This document shows positions 40,569-53,577 of a DNA stretch of 64,000 nucleotides, one piece after another (position 1 is the first letter of the stretch; every line of letters starts with the position of its first letter). A model generated the notes under the pieces. That model did no database searches. It worked only from the letters and a program-made list of their open reading frames with translations, and was not told where the DNA came from. The DNA is from Chara braunii (taxonomy: Eukaryota; Plantae; Charophyceae), in assembly GCA_003427395.1 (NCBI GenBank), contig BFEA01000004.1, positions 1,104,463 to 1,168,462 on the forward strand, in the 5' to 3' direction. Position numbers and translations under genes: made by a program.

Positions 40569-42773
40569 GATGCCCCTCTCTCGTGGTCCTATAACTTCTC
40601 GCCTCTCGCTTAGAGACCTCTCTCTCGCGTGTTCACCTTCGAGCCGTCTTCCTCACGCACCCCCGACGGAAGGGGTAAAGCTCAACTGTTCACATTCCCT
40701 CTGCACGAAAGTCAAGCTGACGTCAACGAACGAGGCGCGAACCCCTATCGTCCTCTCTCAGCCTCTCTCTCCCTCGTAGTGCGTGGCAGCCTTGTCGCTC
40801 CCCCCGCTGTGCCCAGTACCCTTAGGCACGACTTCGTTGCGAGCTGGCCTCCGGATCACTCTCCACAGGCTCCACCACTGGTCTAGCCCATGCCAGGACA
40901 GAGTCTTCGCTGCGCTGACCTCGCCCTCACCCTCAGACAGAGTAAGACTCGCGATCCAGGAGTTGCTGTCCGCATTCTACCGTATCGATGGAGGTCTCCA
41001 CCTCATGGTAAGCGATTGTTACCTGAACCTCCACCGTAACACCATCCCTTCTGCAACGCCTCTTGTCCCGGTTCTTAGCCTCAGGAACCGCAGCCTGCAG
41101 CTTTGGGTCGCTTCTCATCTCCTCCTCTCTCGCTCCTTTCACATGAATCTTTAGCTTGGCCTTATCTCCCCCATCGTAGTTTAGAATGGTAGTAATCCAG
41201 GGCCCCTCCTCGGACATTGGGGACTAGCATGTTATCAGATTCCACCAGTCCGGCCTATAGCCGTGCAGCCTGTTGCGACAGGCCATAGCCGCACACTCCC
41301 CGAGATAGTCTGAACTGGGTACTTGGTGCGCACGCACACATACAGCCTACACAGGCCCTCACTGCTCTGCCATCCTGTCTCAGACCAGCGGTGTTAGCAC
41401 AGCGAGGTAGCTTGCGCGCACCTACTAACCAGTAGCCAACAGTCAGCCCCTCTCACCCTTTTGTAGGCTCTCCCCATGCCGCAATCCCCGTGTTCTGGAC
41501 GAGGGACTCAAATAACTTTTAGACTTCAGCATATTAGTAATCTGTAATTCAGAAAATAAATAATAAAATAAGACAAAGAAAAATAGAGAGAGAAAAACCA
41601 CAGATCAAACCTCAAAGGTCATAGCACAAGCAGACCCTTTTGCTGTCAATCACTAGTCCCTTCATTTTTGGAGTGAAGTGATTGCAGGCTCGACGTTGTG
41701 GTCCCATAACGGGATACCGACGGGCACCCTCCTCCTTTCAAGGCTCGCCGCCGAACTACCCTTGATGGGTACCCGTGTCCGATGGTAAGGAGAGGGCTTA
41801 TGACCTTCGACGGAAGGTGATAGGTCCCCTACCAAAGCGGTCACGGGCGCTCCTTTGGGGCTCCACTATGCAGCACTCGGCAGGTCGCTTCTGCGGTACA
41901 ATAGGACACGAAAGGCTAGCCGGTTTTGGGCCGCCAGTTCGCTATCATGGTTAAAAAACGAACCGTTAGTTCACCGCAAAATGACAGCGGAGACTACGAT
42001 TTGAAGAGGAAACAAGGCGCGCAACGCCGTAGTCACTTCCAATCCTCCGATTAAACGCAACCGCGGCCTAGAAAATGGCGCTTCCCATCCCTCCTTTCCT
42101 TTCTCTTATTTCCCCTTTTCCTTTTTCTTTTTCTCTTTCACCTTGATCGTGACTACCCCACTTATCCCATAGTCCGACTTAAGGAGGCTCAGCGCGCGAC
42201 AAAAAGGCCACGCCGATCCCCTTACCTTCACTTTCCGGGGCGAGCCAAGCGGCTACCACGGCCACAGGCCAATTGTACCCTGCTGCACAGCAGGGCGCCA
42301 AGCCTGCATGGACCCCTGGGAAGCCCAGCAGCGCACCCACCCTTTTGCAGGTGGTAGCATCGACTGGACCAGTCCCGCAGCGAAGTGCAGCCCACGCAGA
42401 CTTGGACATCCGCGAGAATTTGTAAGCAATTATTCAGTATACGGCGGAGGTTCTCAAATAGGAAGCCTTGCACTACGCCACGGAGGGCCGGGACACCGCA
42501 CCCTCCGACAACGGACGGACATACGATTGCTTCACACAACAGTGTCCTCACTTGGATGACTTTCACATAACTGCCCTTTTTCATGCTTGTTAATTCGGCT
42601 TTTCATCCTGACCTCACCACAGCAAATCCCCCATACAACTCCTGAATAGGAGTGAACACACACACCATTACTCTCTCTCTCTCTATGTATATATATATCA
42701 TCATCATCAAACAGAACTGCCCAGTAAACTGCCAGCAGAGAGGAAGAAGAGGACACCAGTCGAGGGGCTGTGA

Positions 42774-42835
42774 CAAACTGTTTCGTCGGAGTTTCACCTA
42801 CCTGCTCATCAGGAGGCTGAACCCTCGACAGTTTG
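42774..42835 (-). ncRNA. Type III hammerhead ribozyme motif (copy 2)
   Basis: Minus strand: CAAACU-GUC^-GAGG(guucag)CCUC-CUGAUGA-gcagguaggugaaacuccgac-GAAAC-AGUUUG. It has a canonical GUC triplet, a perfectly paired stem III and the same stem I as copy 1. Stem II has a 4-nt insertion relative to copy 1. Confidence 0.88.
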
Positions 42836-43771
42836 CAGAATACCCTAACTGATTACACCGTAAGTATTAATCCACCTTAACCCCAGTGGTGGTTGAGCAT
42901 CAACGACTGCCCGACCACTGATACCCTGAGGTGGGCACCAACCACTGCCCTCAAGGTACCTGTGACAAAAACCAAAGTAGACTATCACTCACCCACATCA
43001 GATGAAAAACTCTACAGACTGTCTGCTCACACCCCATCACAAGCCAGCAAAACACCAACGAAACATATATCGTGCGCATGCTCAATGCCAGCTGTGGTGG
43101 CAATTGTTGTACTGAGAATGCTCAGCTAGGTCTTCCATGGGTTTATCCACCTCATCCTTGCAACGCAAGTCCTCTCTGTTATTAAGGACAGACTGATTCT
43201 TGATACTTCTCTTTTCCTCTCCCTTGCCTTCATCTTCATTCCACACTCCTTACTTTGCCTTATTTTCCCTTCGTCTTTCTCTGCTTTGTCTTCCCTCCAT
43301 CTCACTTTTGTGTTTATACCCTCCCCTTTTGCTCTGCCTCTTTCTCACAGCGTAAAAGTGGGCCGTTATGACACACGGGGATGCGGACAGCTCGCACTCA
43401 ACTTCATCAACGTGGTGAGCCTTGTACATTAGAGGCACGGTGAAGGGGGAGTCAAAAGAAGAAGAGAAAATGTATGGTTTCATTGCTGCTCTTGCCATTG
43501 AAATGTTCCTTTGACTATCGTGTCTGTTATTTGTCTTGTACATTTTACTTGTTTGTTCTGCAAAGTGCACTCTTTTAGTTCATAGATGCGTGACAATATA
43601 CATATATAAAACCACGACACTTGCTCAGCGTCAAGCATTTCAGGTGACAAACCGAAAACCCCACTTTCCAGCAAGCGAGCATTTTACCACTGCCCCTACT
43701 CTTCCTTCTAAAACATGGTCTGATTGTCGTGGCATCAGAAATTTGATTAAGAGCGACAAGGAGGTGAACAC

Positions 43772-43773
<2 letters not shown>

Positions 43774-43840
<67 letters not shown>

Positions 43841-44288
43841 NNNNNNNNNNNNNNNNNNNNNNNNNNNNNNNNNNNNNNNNNNNNNNNNNNNNNNNNNNNN
43901 NNNNNNNNNNNNNNNNNNNNNNNNNNNNNNNNNNNNNNNNNNNNNNNNNNNNNNNNNNNNNNNNNNNNNNNNNNNNNNNNNNNNNNNNNNNNNNNNNNNN
44001 NNNNNNNNNNNNNNNNNNNNNNNNNNNNNNNNNNNNNNNNNNNNNNNNNNNNNNNNNNNNNNNNNNNNNNNNNNNNNNNNNNNNNNNNNNNNNNNNNNNN
44101 NNNNNNNNNNNNNNNNNNNNNNNNNNNNNNNNNNNNNNNNNNNNNNNNNNNNNNNNNNNNNNNNNNNNNNNNNNNNNNNNNNNNNNNNNNNNNNNNNNNN
44201 NNNNNNNNNNNNNNNNNNNNNNNNNNNNNNNNNNNNNNNNNNNNNNNNNNNNNNNNNNNNNNNNNNNNNNNNNNNNNNNNNNNNNNNN

Positions 44289-44344
<56 letters not shown>
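43774..44344. repeat. (GA)n microsatellite spanning an assembly gap
   Basis: GA runs on both sides of the Ns. Confidence 0.95.
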
Positions 44345-44349
<5 letters not shown>

Positions 44350-45899
44350 TGCAGCATACTGAAAGATATCCTTTGACCAATAGTGGTCATCGCATGCAGC
44401 ATTTTTATTAGCGTCTCAACAGAGGTGATTGTGGCCAGGTTCAGACGTATGGGTGCGCTCAATCAACTTGCTACAGAGTCATATATGCACTGCGTAATTC
44501 TGCACAGTTCTTTGGTCCTATCTCCCAAACTGTCCTCCCAGCATCTTCTCCTTCGCAATAATCTCAAATCACTAAACATTTTGAACAACTCTGACGATTC
44601 AACACGGCATACTGAGGGCAAAGAATACGGAATATGTAAATGTATGGTGATAAGTGTAACATAGGTTTAGGAACTGATTGCGCATTCTCAAGCACTGTAC
44701 AATTGTGAACCACGGTGTCCCTCTCCTCTCGCCCCGGCTTTTGTCCTGAGCATTTTGAACCGCTGTGTGCCTCTCCTCTCGCCCTGGCTTTTGTCCTGCG
44801 CAATTGTGACAGTGCCATCTTCTTACCTTTACTATAAATAAAAATACAGCAGTTGGCGCGGCTTCTACTGTCGCTACCTGAGCCTCTGAAAGTCATGGAT
44901 TGCAAGCGCTATATAATCGTAATCATGCTAACGCATACCCCTTTCTGTTTTATTGACATGCCCGGAGAAATATTCCCAGGCAGCTGGTGAAAGAACATCG
45001 AACAGCGAGCCTGTCCGTCAAAGCCAATGCACGCAGTGCAGTCTCCGCCTGACAACTTTCGCTCCATATCAAACAGTGACGGCATACTAGCACTACCAGC
45101 CTTTTTCACTAAGCTCTGGACGTGATTCCAGTCAGATGCAACCAATCTTGGCTGTGATTGCAGTCATACATTTAGAAAAGTACCAGTGTGAATACGCCCT
45201 AACTGTGGCAATTGACACCCCAAACTCTGGATCCTAGCTGACAGACAACCAGCTCAAGCCACCGCAGAGTAACCAGATGCACTTACCAAACATCCAGCTG
45301 TTCACCAAAGGGGATACAAAAGCAACCCCCACGCTACTTTCATGCTCCACATCCTGAATTTGCCCACGTGCAATACCTCCTATTTCACGATTTCAATCTC
45401 TTCGTGCTAAGAACATGGCTAGTTACACGTGCCCAACTTACAGGCAGGTATTTGTCATGAGCCAATGCAGCCATCGGTGACGCACAACTTCAGCCAGCAA
45501 TCCAGCTCTATAGTTAATCCCTCCCCTTTTACTTGTCCCAGGCAATCCACGACTCTTCTCCCAGAGGGAGCCCAGGGCAGGCTTAGGGAAAGGGGGGTTG
45601 GGACTACCAATCACAACAAGAATTTCATTTGGGACACAGACCATCACGCCTCGCCTCGCCAAGTCTACGATCAAGTACGAACTGTCTTCTTATCCTCACA
45701 AGTCTTCCCGTCCATCATCGTCCATTTCGTTTGCTGGGCTGGATGCATCTGTGCCATCGAAGGCAAAACTCAGAGCTTCGAACATCAAGTTCCCTGCCGC
45801 TTTGCAATGCGGTCGGCCACTACAGACCAAATATATCAATTAATTAAATAATGGAGAACTGCCACATAGCCTGCTTTTTTTGGCAACACAGGTGAGTCA

Positions 45900-46556
45900 T
45901 CAAAAGCTCATAAACCACCATAGAGAGAGCAGAATCGCCAAAAGATATCCTCCCAGCTCCGCCTGGTTTCTCCGAGCAGAGGACTTGGAAGGCCGCGAAC
46001 CCTGAACCCCATCGTTGCCCTGAGGCTCTTGCATAAGGCTTCCAGCGGAGGGCGAGGAAGGCTGCGAGCCCCGACCTGAACCGCTGCCCTGCGAGTCTTG
46101 TGCGGACTGCATCTGCATAACTGTGCACTCCTGCCCAACGGAGGCATTGGCAGCGGCTACGAGAGTGGGATCCGTTATGTTATCCTTGCACTCAGCAGGA
46201 ATAACCAAGGGGTCACAGCAGAAAGGAGTCGCCGGAAAGTCCGTATGAGTTGGCCCACCATAACATTCGGGTGTCGTAACCACCTCAGTTTTCAAGGTCC
46301 CATCGATTCCCAAATTGGTACCCAGGTATTCAAAGAGCAGGCTCAGGAATGTCGGCGCATCCAATGTGGCCAAAAACTTGCTGATGTTTCGGCAGCTGGC
46401 AAACATATCCTCTGCCATATCATTACAGAACTTCAATGTCTTTTCCGTACCATTCACTGCCACGTACCGTGCCGCATCCGGATTGCAGTTTATGGCACAA
46501 ATAATCGCCTCCAAATGATGCTGACACCGCTGATATGGACGAAGAAGATCGCAGAC
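45900..46556 (-). CDS. Last exon of a folate-receptor-like Cys-rich, probably GPI-anchored protein
   Basis: Polypyrimidine tract and CAG acceptor at 46559-46557. The frame reads VCDLLRPYQRCQHHLEAIICAINCNPDAARY...LKFCNDMAEDMFASC...ECY...FCCDP...C...C, then a Ser/Gly/Gln spacer and a hydrophobic C-terminus LLAILLSLWWFMSF*. Confidence 0.85.
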   Translation of the reverse strand, partial: VCDLLRPYQRCQHHLEAIICAINCNPDAARYVAVNGTEKTLKFCNDMAEDMFASCRNISKFLATLDAPTFLSLLFEYLGTNLGIDGTLKTEVVTTPECYGGPTHTDFPATPFCCDPLVIPAECKDNITDPTLVAAANASVGQECTVMQMQSAQDSQGSGSGRGSQPSSPSAGSLMQEPQGNDGVQGSRPSKSSARRNQAELGGYLLAILLSLWWFMSF

Positions 46557-48360
46557 CTGACCTCAAAAAAAAGGAATAAAAAGTATTACCCATGTAAGCA
46601 AAAAAGCACAACTTCCAGTGGACCTTGGACGAGCTGAATCGATTAAAAATAAAAGGGGGAGAGGGAGGGGGGGCGGGTGCATAACGGGCCAAGCTGGGTT
46701 GATGCACCCATGCACTGTCGAATTACAGACCCACGTTCGAACCCAGATGCCACCAGACGAACAGATGAACAGAATAAAATAATTATGAACCAAGCATGGG
46801 GGATGATGCAGATTGACCCAGCTTTTCAAGTGTATGACCACTTTTTATAGGCGCTCAAAAAAAGATATCAACATACCCAAACTTAAGTTGCAGGACATTT
46901 TCGAAAGCAAAGTTCAAGAGTTCGAGCAAATTTCACAAAACCCATGAGGGGAATTCTGCTAATTCCCAGTCGTTCAGCCTTCCTTGCATGCATCTGCATG
47001 TAATCACAAACTTTCAGTGAAAATTGTCCCACATACAATAGCCCGTTCTTAAATTAACCGACACCAGGCCATGAAGAACACCAGGGGTTTTCTGCAGCTG
47101 CATTACGTAGGCTCCCGCTCCATTTGCCAGGCCCGAAATTTCTTCAGCTGTTTAAACCCCACCAAAACTCTACAACGCACTTTTTTATCCTTCGCTGTTT
47201 AAAACACAAGTACAGTACCACGTACTTTTTAGTCATTTCCAGTATGCACGGAAGTACCCCGGAGGCTCGGATCTACAGTCTTCCCCCGAACAAAACGCAC
47301 GTTCGTTAATTACGAATAGAAAGCACGGGTGCGAGGCTTTGCCTCTATGAGCCCCGTTCAGCCCCTATTATGGAGCCAGTCGGCCGCCCTAAGTGAAGGC
47401 AGGCTCGACGAGGCCCTCAGGGCCCTTTTTCGGCTACTGCGCAACGAAGGAAATTCAGGCAGTTGCGCAGCGCCAGTTGGTTGAAGAAACCCAGGCCCTG
47501 GGCCGCCTGTGTGAATGAATGGAAAGCAGGCCCTGGGCTGGATACGGGTACCGGGCCGAACACAGGCCACAGGCAGTTGGGCACATGCAACCACCTCAGG
47601 CCCTGGGCCTGTTCTTGTGTGTACTGGGCCTCAGACTACCGGGGCCTACTGGAAGCGTCCTGGGACTGGACGCAGGCAGGCCACTTCGATATAGCAAAGG
47701 GCCTGCCTCCTCATTCGGCATTCGGGTGCTGGCTGCATGCTGCGCAAATGCTGCTGCGCTATTTGCTGGCTGGCGCCTACGATCTCACGGGCGAGCAGGG
47801 AAGGAGCACGCAGCCATAGCTGAGCTGCGCTGCTGTATGCTGGGTGAAGCGCAGGGTGGTCCTTGGGTGCAGGAGGCATCTGTGTGTTGGGGGACGAGGT
47901 TGTGAGTATAGCGAGAGACATACCTGGTGCTGGAAGCGTGCGACATTGGTCGCCATATGCTCGTACTTCGGGGACGCTGTTGACGTCAACTTCGGCATTG
48001 TAGATAGGATAGATAGGATCTGCCACATGTAGTCTGGGCGCCGAGCGCCAGATAGGATATCAACTCTGGTTCTTCGTTGATGATGATGATGGGACTATTT
48101 CAGCATTGTCAATTATGAACTCTTGGTGTGTTCTTATTTGGTGAATCTCGTGATGCAATTCTGCTGTTGGTTCGAGGTCANGACTANCNGNACTCNTANG
48201 TATGATGCTGTTTGATTGCTGAAGTTCGCTATTGCTCATCTTCCTTGCACGGGGTGCGTTCTATTCAAATATAACGCACGTGCGTTATGCTACGGATACA
48301 GGGTACCAACTTTCGGAAAATGGGGCCCCAAAAAATTTAGTACCCTGAATCCGTACCTTA

Positions 48361-48425
48361 TCCTTCGGGATTAGCATGGCCTCTGAGCAAGGATGACAGG
48401 CATAAATCGAGAAATAGTCCACATG
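48361..48425 (+). pseudogene. U6: Partial U6 snRNA pseudogene (3' half) with A-rich tail
   Basis: gattagcatggcctctgagcaaggatgacaggcataaatcgagaaatagtcca matches plant U6 GAUUAGCAUGGCCCCUGCGCAAGGAUGACACGCAUAAAUCGAGAAAUGGUCCA, and an A-rich run follows. Confidence 0.88.
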
Positions 48426-48544
48426 TAAAAAGAAAAAAGAAAATAAAAAAGAAAAAACACAACAGCCCGTCAAGAAACCAGGCGGGAGCAATAGGGAGGG
48501 AGGGAGCAGGCGGGAGCTAGCAGGTGGGAGCGATTGGGTGGTTT

Positions 48545-48545
<1 letters not shown>

Positions 48546-48613
<68 letters not shown>

Positions 48614-48614
48614 G
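48546..48614. repeat. (GT)n(GA)n microsatellite
   Basis: Directly visible. Confidence 0.96.
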
Positions 48615-49245
48615 CCAACACCCATGTGTTCTTGACCCATCGGAAACTAGCCACCCTCCCCCCACCGGCGGCCCCACCCTACTCCCTGACCACCGCGATT
48701 GGAATGAAGAAAGTCCCGTTGTGTTAGCGCCTTGTGCATGGAAATGCAAGGACGAAATCCTCCTGAAGCGACCGATCTCGCTGAGCCTTCTTGGTAGGGG
48801 AGACGAGGAAGAGGGCAGGGCATGCGCAGAAACACTGGTGCAGTGTTTCCGTGCATGCGCTACCCTCTTTCCCCCCTAATAGAGCTTGTGTCATTGTAGC
48901 TGTATTTGGGGCAACTTTCAGTCCAGAATACAGCAGTAATGACCACGCAGAATTCTATGTGGGGGAAGACAGTCCCAAGGGACTCGCTCCACTGCGCAAC
49001 ATTCTAAATGTATCTTTTTTTTCTGACCCGGTAATATTTCCAATACGGTCCAAATGTTTTTGACGAGTCCGAATGTACCTGGTCAATTCATAGTCTGCGC
49101 ATGTTGAATGTCGAGTAGTGGAGCAAGGCCCTAAGCCCGTAGAAAATGGTGGGAGGTAGCACAGAGTTTTGGGAGGGAGAGAGCAGTTTCTTCGCAGACA
49201 ACCTGACGTTTTCATTACTTCAGCCAACCTAAACCTTGCAAGGGA

Positions 49246-49346
49246 GTCCTTCCCGACATCCATTAAAATCGGAACAGTACCGAGAAGATTAGCACGGCCC
49301 CTGTACAAGCATGACAGACATAAATCAAGAAATGGTCCATTTTTTT
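49246..49346 (+). pseudogene. U6: Near full-length diverged U6 snRNA copy, likely a pseudogene
   Basis: gtccttcccgacatccattaaaatcggaacagtaccgagaagattagcacggcccctgtacaagcatgacagacataaatcaagaaatggtccattttttt aligns to U6 end to end and ends in a T run. The ACAGAGA box is altered to ACCGAGA and no clear TATA box lies upstream. Confidence 0.88.
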
Positions 49347-51959
49347 GGCAGGAAAGAAAAAGCAAACTTGCAAGCGAAAACTTAGCGAAATGTCATGCCA
49401 AGCGCCAGTGAGCATGAGGAGTCCCACGAGGTCGCAGCCGAATTCCCGTATGGACAGAAGAGCCTGAAGCCGCCAAATCTGTAAACGAGTATCATGCTCC
49501 ATGAAGAATGGTTCTGGCCACAACAAGGGCAGTGAGAGTAGCATCCCTTACTCACCTCGTGTGGCTGAGTGGTGCACACAGGTATAACCGCTGGTAAACA
49601 GATCATCAGTTCGTGTCCTGATGGAACCAGACGGACACAGGGTTTGGCTCCACTGGCCTACTTCGGGTAAACCCCCCCCAAGTATATAACTGAACTTTCT
49701 CCACATGGCGCGCCTGATTGGCACGACGGAGCGCATCTGGTGGCCTCATGGTCGTCCCTCAAATTGGAGATGGCCAAACACGATCTCTTTGGCCAAGAAT
49801 TCGCTTACCGTCAATTCAATGAATTGGACCTCAATTTTGTTAAATGTGAAGTCCCGTTTCCATGGATTCCCAATACACTGGACATCTATTTTGTTAAATG
49901 TGAAATTCGTTTCCACGGATTCTCAGCAAATTTTGCTGCTGCTGGGGCACCCTTCTCATAATTGCAGTGTCCAGTACAATAGGCGGAGCCCGGCTTAAAA
50001 TTACGGTAGGTCCACCACACTTACTCTAAGTTAGGGAAATTCCCCCGAGTAGTCCAGTGGAGCCGAACCCATAGTACACAAGGGGCTATGCCTTCTTTGG
50101 TGGGAAGTGAGCCGGAGGTGCGGTCACGATCCTTTTTTATCTTTCGCCTGAATTCAGCGTGCTGTCATTGATTGATAAACGAGGGTGGGAAACTTCACAA
50201 TACCCCATACGAAACAGGTGCTGGAGGCATCATCCAGCTTAGCTTACAGGGAAAGAAACCTGCGACACTCCCAACATGGACCACAGACCTAGGCTGCAAA
50301 ACGCGTCCAAGGAGAGTGTCCCTACCTCCTTCCCTACTCTGCATAATCCTGCTAATAAGAAAATATAGCCCGGGACTACACTAACTTCCTACAACTAAGA
50401 ACTAGCCTAAAAACTATTCTGACTGGGCCTAAAGCGGCACTGGGCAGGCCCTAAGGCGGCACCTGATCTGACAAATGCTCCATCCAACCGCTCCTCCCAG
50501 TTTCTCCTGCCCTTCGACTGTGACGTTCAGGACCCGAGCATCGAGGTCCTAGGTGCGGTCACGATTCCCATCAATGGCCTCGCTCCACCGCTCACCAAAT
50601 GTGCAAAATGCGAGTGACTATTCTGCTAGGGCATGGGAAGATACACCAACATGTCTTTTGTTTTTCTTTCTGCATGTGGCCAGTAGTGGAGCGAGGCCCA
50701 ATGATTGCAAAGCAGAGTTCGTCAACAAGGCCGTCAATCACTGTTTTTTTCCCACCTGAAATGGCGGAGACTCCCACGAGATTTCAGAGCTTGTGGTCAC
50801 ACTGCCAAGCTCAGATTTTGTGGCAGAGCAAAGATGCAATGTGCACCTTCGAACGTCAAGAAGACACCGAGTTTAAACCGCCAGTTTGCCCCGAAGCGTA
50901 ATACTGCTCTTGCAAGAGCATTTTGATTCGGGCCTGGGACAGCAGCCAAAGCGGCATGGTGTGGCAAGGCAGAAATGATGTTGTTTTTGAAGGCACGGAA
51001 TGGTCTAATAAAAAGATATAAGCGCAGCGGTGGCCCAAGGTCTCAGATGCGCAATTCAAGCAGATTGGAGAAGAAAGGTGTCAAAGTCGGTTCACAAAAC
51101 GGGAGGAGATAGAAGTGGTACAAGGGGACATGGTGTCTCCGCAACTCCTTGGCTCGAGCTGAAGGATAAATCTGAATTCTTGATGAAGGGCTATGTAAGG
51201 CATAGTATTCCCTCTTCCATCCAATCTGGCACTCGGTTGTTATTAAGTCACAGTAGACATGCATCTTGCGGTGGAAATGAGCAAGGAGTGCTAAGTTCGA
51301 AAGGCTCTATTGAGACCCTGCCACCGTCGTCATGTGGCACCCAGTAGGTCTAGGTAGTTTTAAACAGTTTGCAACTTGATAGGCTAGATATAAAGAGATT
51401 ATATAGGCTAGATATAAAAAGATTATAGATCTTGGATTTTGCCTTTCTCAATGAATTATCGTGTCTTGTTCTTCACGTTAGAGTGTTACGGTAAGGTACG
51501 ACGTTTCTTTCGGTTTGTTCTGTTTATGGAGTTGTGGCTATTTTTTTGTACCAGAGCTGAAAACCTCACGACAACGGACTACCGATAGATTCGGCTAGTC
51601 TGCGCCTAAATCTTTTGTCTCAGTCTCTGCACCTAAGCTGGGGCCTTAGGTCCACCCTGAAAGCCACATTCGCAACCTATCTGTCAAGCTATCGGTTCCA
51701 GCCTTCTCCAGGGGGTTGCTTCGTGGAGGGATTCCCAGCCTCATCGTTTGAGCAATAAAAGTGGGCACCTGTTTCCATTTTGAAAATGTTGCCCTTGGGA
51801 GGATTGCGAGCAGGGTCAGTCGCAAGGATTGGAAGGTAGATTCGTCGACGCAGGCTCATGTGACCTGGCAGCTTAAACCACCACTCTCACCCACATCCCA
51901 AAATAGCCCTCCCTGTTCGGTCGGGTTTTTCAAGGAGGCAGCGGCCATTGACAACCAGC

Positions 51960-52720
51960 AGACCTGGTGTGGGTTTTTGCAAGCAGCAACTCGACAATTT
52001 TTTGCACGCAGAAGAATTCACAGAAAATTCTGAAAATCCGAGGACCCGTAGATTACGTTGTGATCTTTCCAGGAAAATTAAATACGCCGACCCGACAGTC
52101 AACGCTGCACATCAGAAAAACAACCAAAAAAAATAAAATTCACTGTGAAATAATCACCTTGCCCCGCATTCCCATATTTGCCACTCTACCACGTGTGGGC
52201 CAACAGAAGTACTCCCAACTTCAGTGATTTTTCTCGATCAGAAGAATGGGTGAAAAGATCTGAAAATTTGAGGATCTGTAGATTAGATTGTAACCTTTCC
52301 AGGAAAAATACCAAAAAGTTTTTAAAAGTCATTCTGGCTGTGAAATGACTCGGCGAGTTGGCACTGATCACGACTTGCAATTTGAGCATTAGCATAGGTC
52401 ATGTCATCATGGTGCCACCTTGAACCCCCTGGGCTTTCACAATCCATCTGACCTCCCAATGGATCGAGTACCACGGGCACCTCCTGAGGCCTGGCTTCAA
52501 CCCTCTACTACATCCTGGACCTTTGAAAAAGAAAAAGACTCGGCGACTTTCCATTTTTTTTTTTTTCTTTCCATTTTTTCACTCTACCATGTGTGGGCCA
52601 ACAGCAGCAGTACTCCGACTTCAGTGATTTTCGCTATCAGAAGAATGAGTGAAAATTTCTGAAAATTGGAGCGCCCATAGAATTTGTTACGATCTTTCCA
52701 CGCAAAGTACTATTTTTTTT
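51960..52720. repeat. Dispersed repeat with three internal imperfect copies; inverted homologue at about 23700-23810
   Basis: cactctacca.gtgtgggccaacag.agtactcc.acttcagtgatttt...atcagaagaat...gaaaa...ctgaaaat recurs, and its reverse complement appears at about 23705-23810. Confidence 0.75.
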
Positions 52721-52768
52721 TTTTCACATCATTCTAACCGCAAACAAAAACGTGGTGGCAATCTGCCG

Positions 52769-52800
<32 letters not shown>

Positions 52801-53577
52801 CTGCCGCATTTTCGATTTTTGCCATTCAGCCAATTCTCCACACTGCGCTATCGGTAGCCCTCATGAAACTGTGCTACCGGTCCCCGCATTTTTGGAAGGC
52901 GGGTAGAGTGGTGGTTTCAAGGGCCTAGTTGCACCTCTCTCCAGTGGCCAACATTTTGCGTGCATATGGATATCAGTCTGTCCAGATGCATTCAAAATCT
53001 TGGCGGGATTTTCCCGGTGTTTTTTTCTTTTCTTCTTTTTTAACTAAGCTATATTCTTCTCTCAATTTCACCTTTAATACCTACCCAGCACTACCCCTAG
53101 GCAGCTTTACACAGAGGGTGTGTCTGTACCAGCTTCTTCTCCTACGCAGGGGACACGCCAAGGCACAGGAGATTGAACCGCATACTAGCCATTCGAGAGT
53201 GGACAAACCTGCCTTGTAATTGGCTGATACATAACCAAATCCTTGCCTTGGCGTGTCCACGCAACGACCGTCACCCAAAGCCGACGGTCTGTGCTTACTA
53301 CCATTACGTGAAGACCCCGAGATTTCTGATCAGCTATGGCACTTCGAATGAGACTCACGTGATGATGCCTGATATCTTTAGGTACGTTCTTTTCCCCGCC
53401 TATCGAGCGTTTTTTTCCCGCCACTTGGATTGGCCAGTCCATTTGCGTTGAACCGACGACTTCCATTAGGACAAAAGAAGTTAACCACAGCACACTCGAT
53501 TCCTTATGCTTTGTCTTTTTCTGAGCGAGCTTCTTGAACACCTGACACAGTAACACAGACTGCAAAGGAATTAGACA

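Noticed and set aside
48222-48256. Possible third U6 fragment on the minus strand (ccccgtgcaaggaaga)
   Set aside because: The match is too short and degenerate to support.
49554-49680. Additional internal exon of the folate-receptor-like gene (GTGAGT donor near 49553)
   Set aside because: No convincing acceptor, the phase is unclear, and the Cys pattern is continuous without it. RNA-seq is needed to exclude it.
51330-51560. LTR plus PBS (tgtaccagagc resembling the tRNA-Met PBS), and gag-like reading at about 47360-48030
   Set aside because: No paired LTR and no recognisable RT or integrase, so it cannot be supported.
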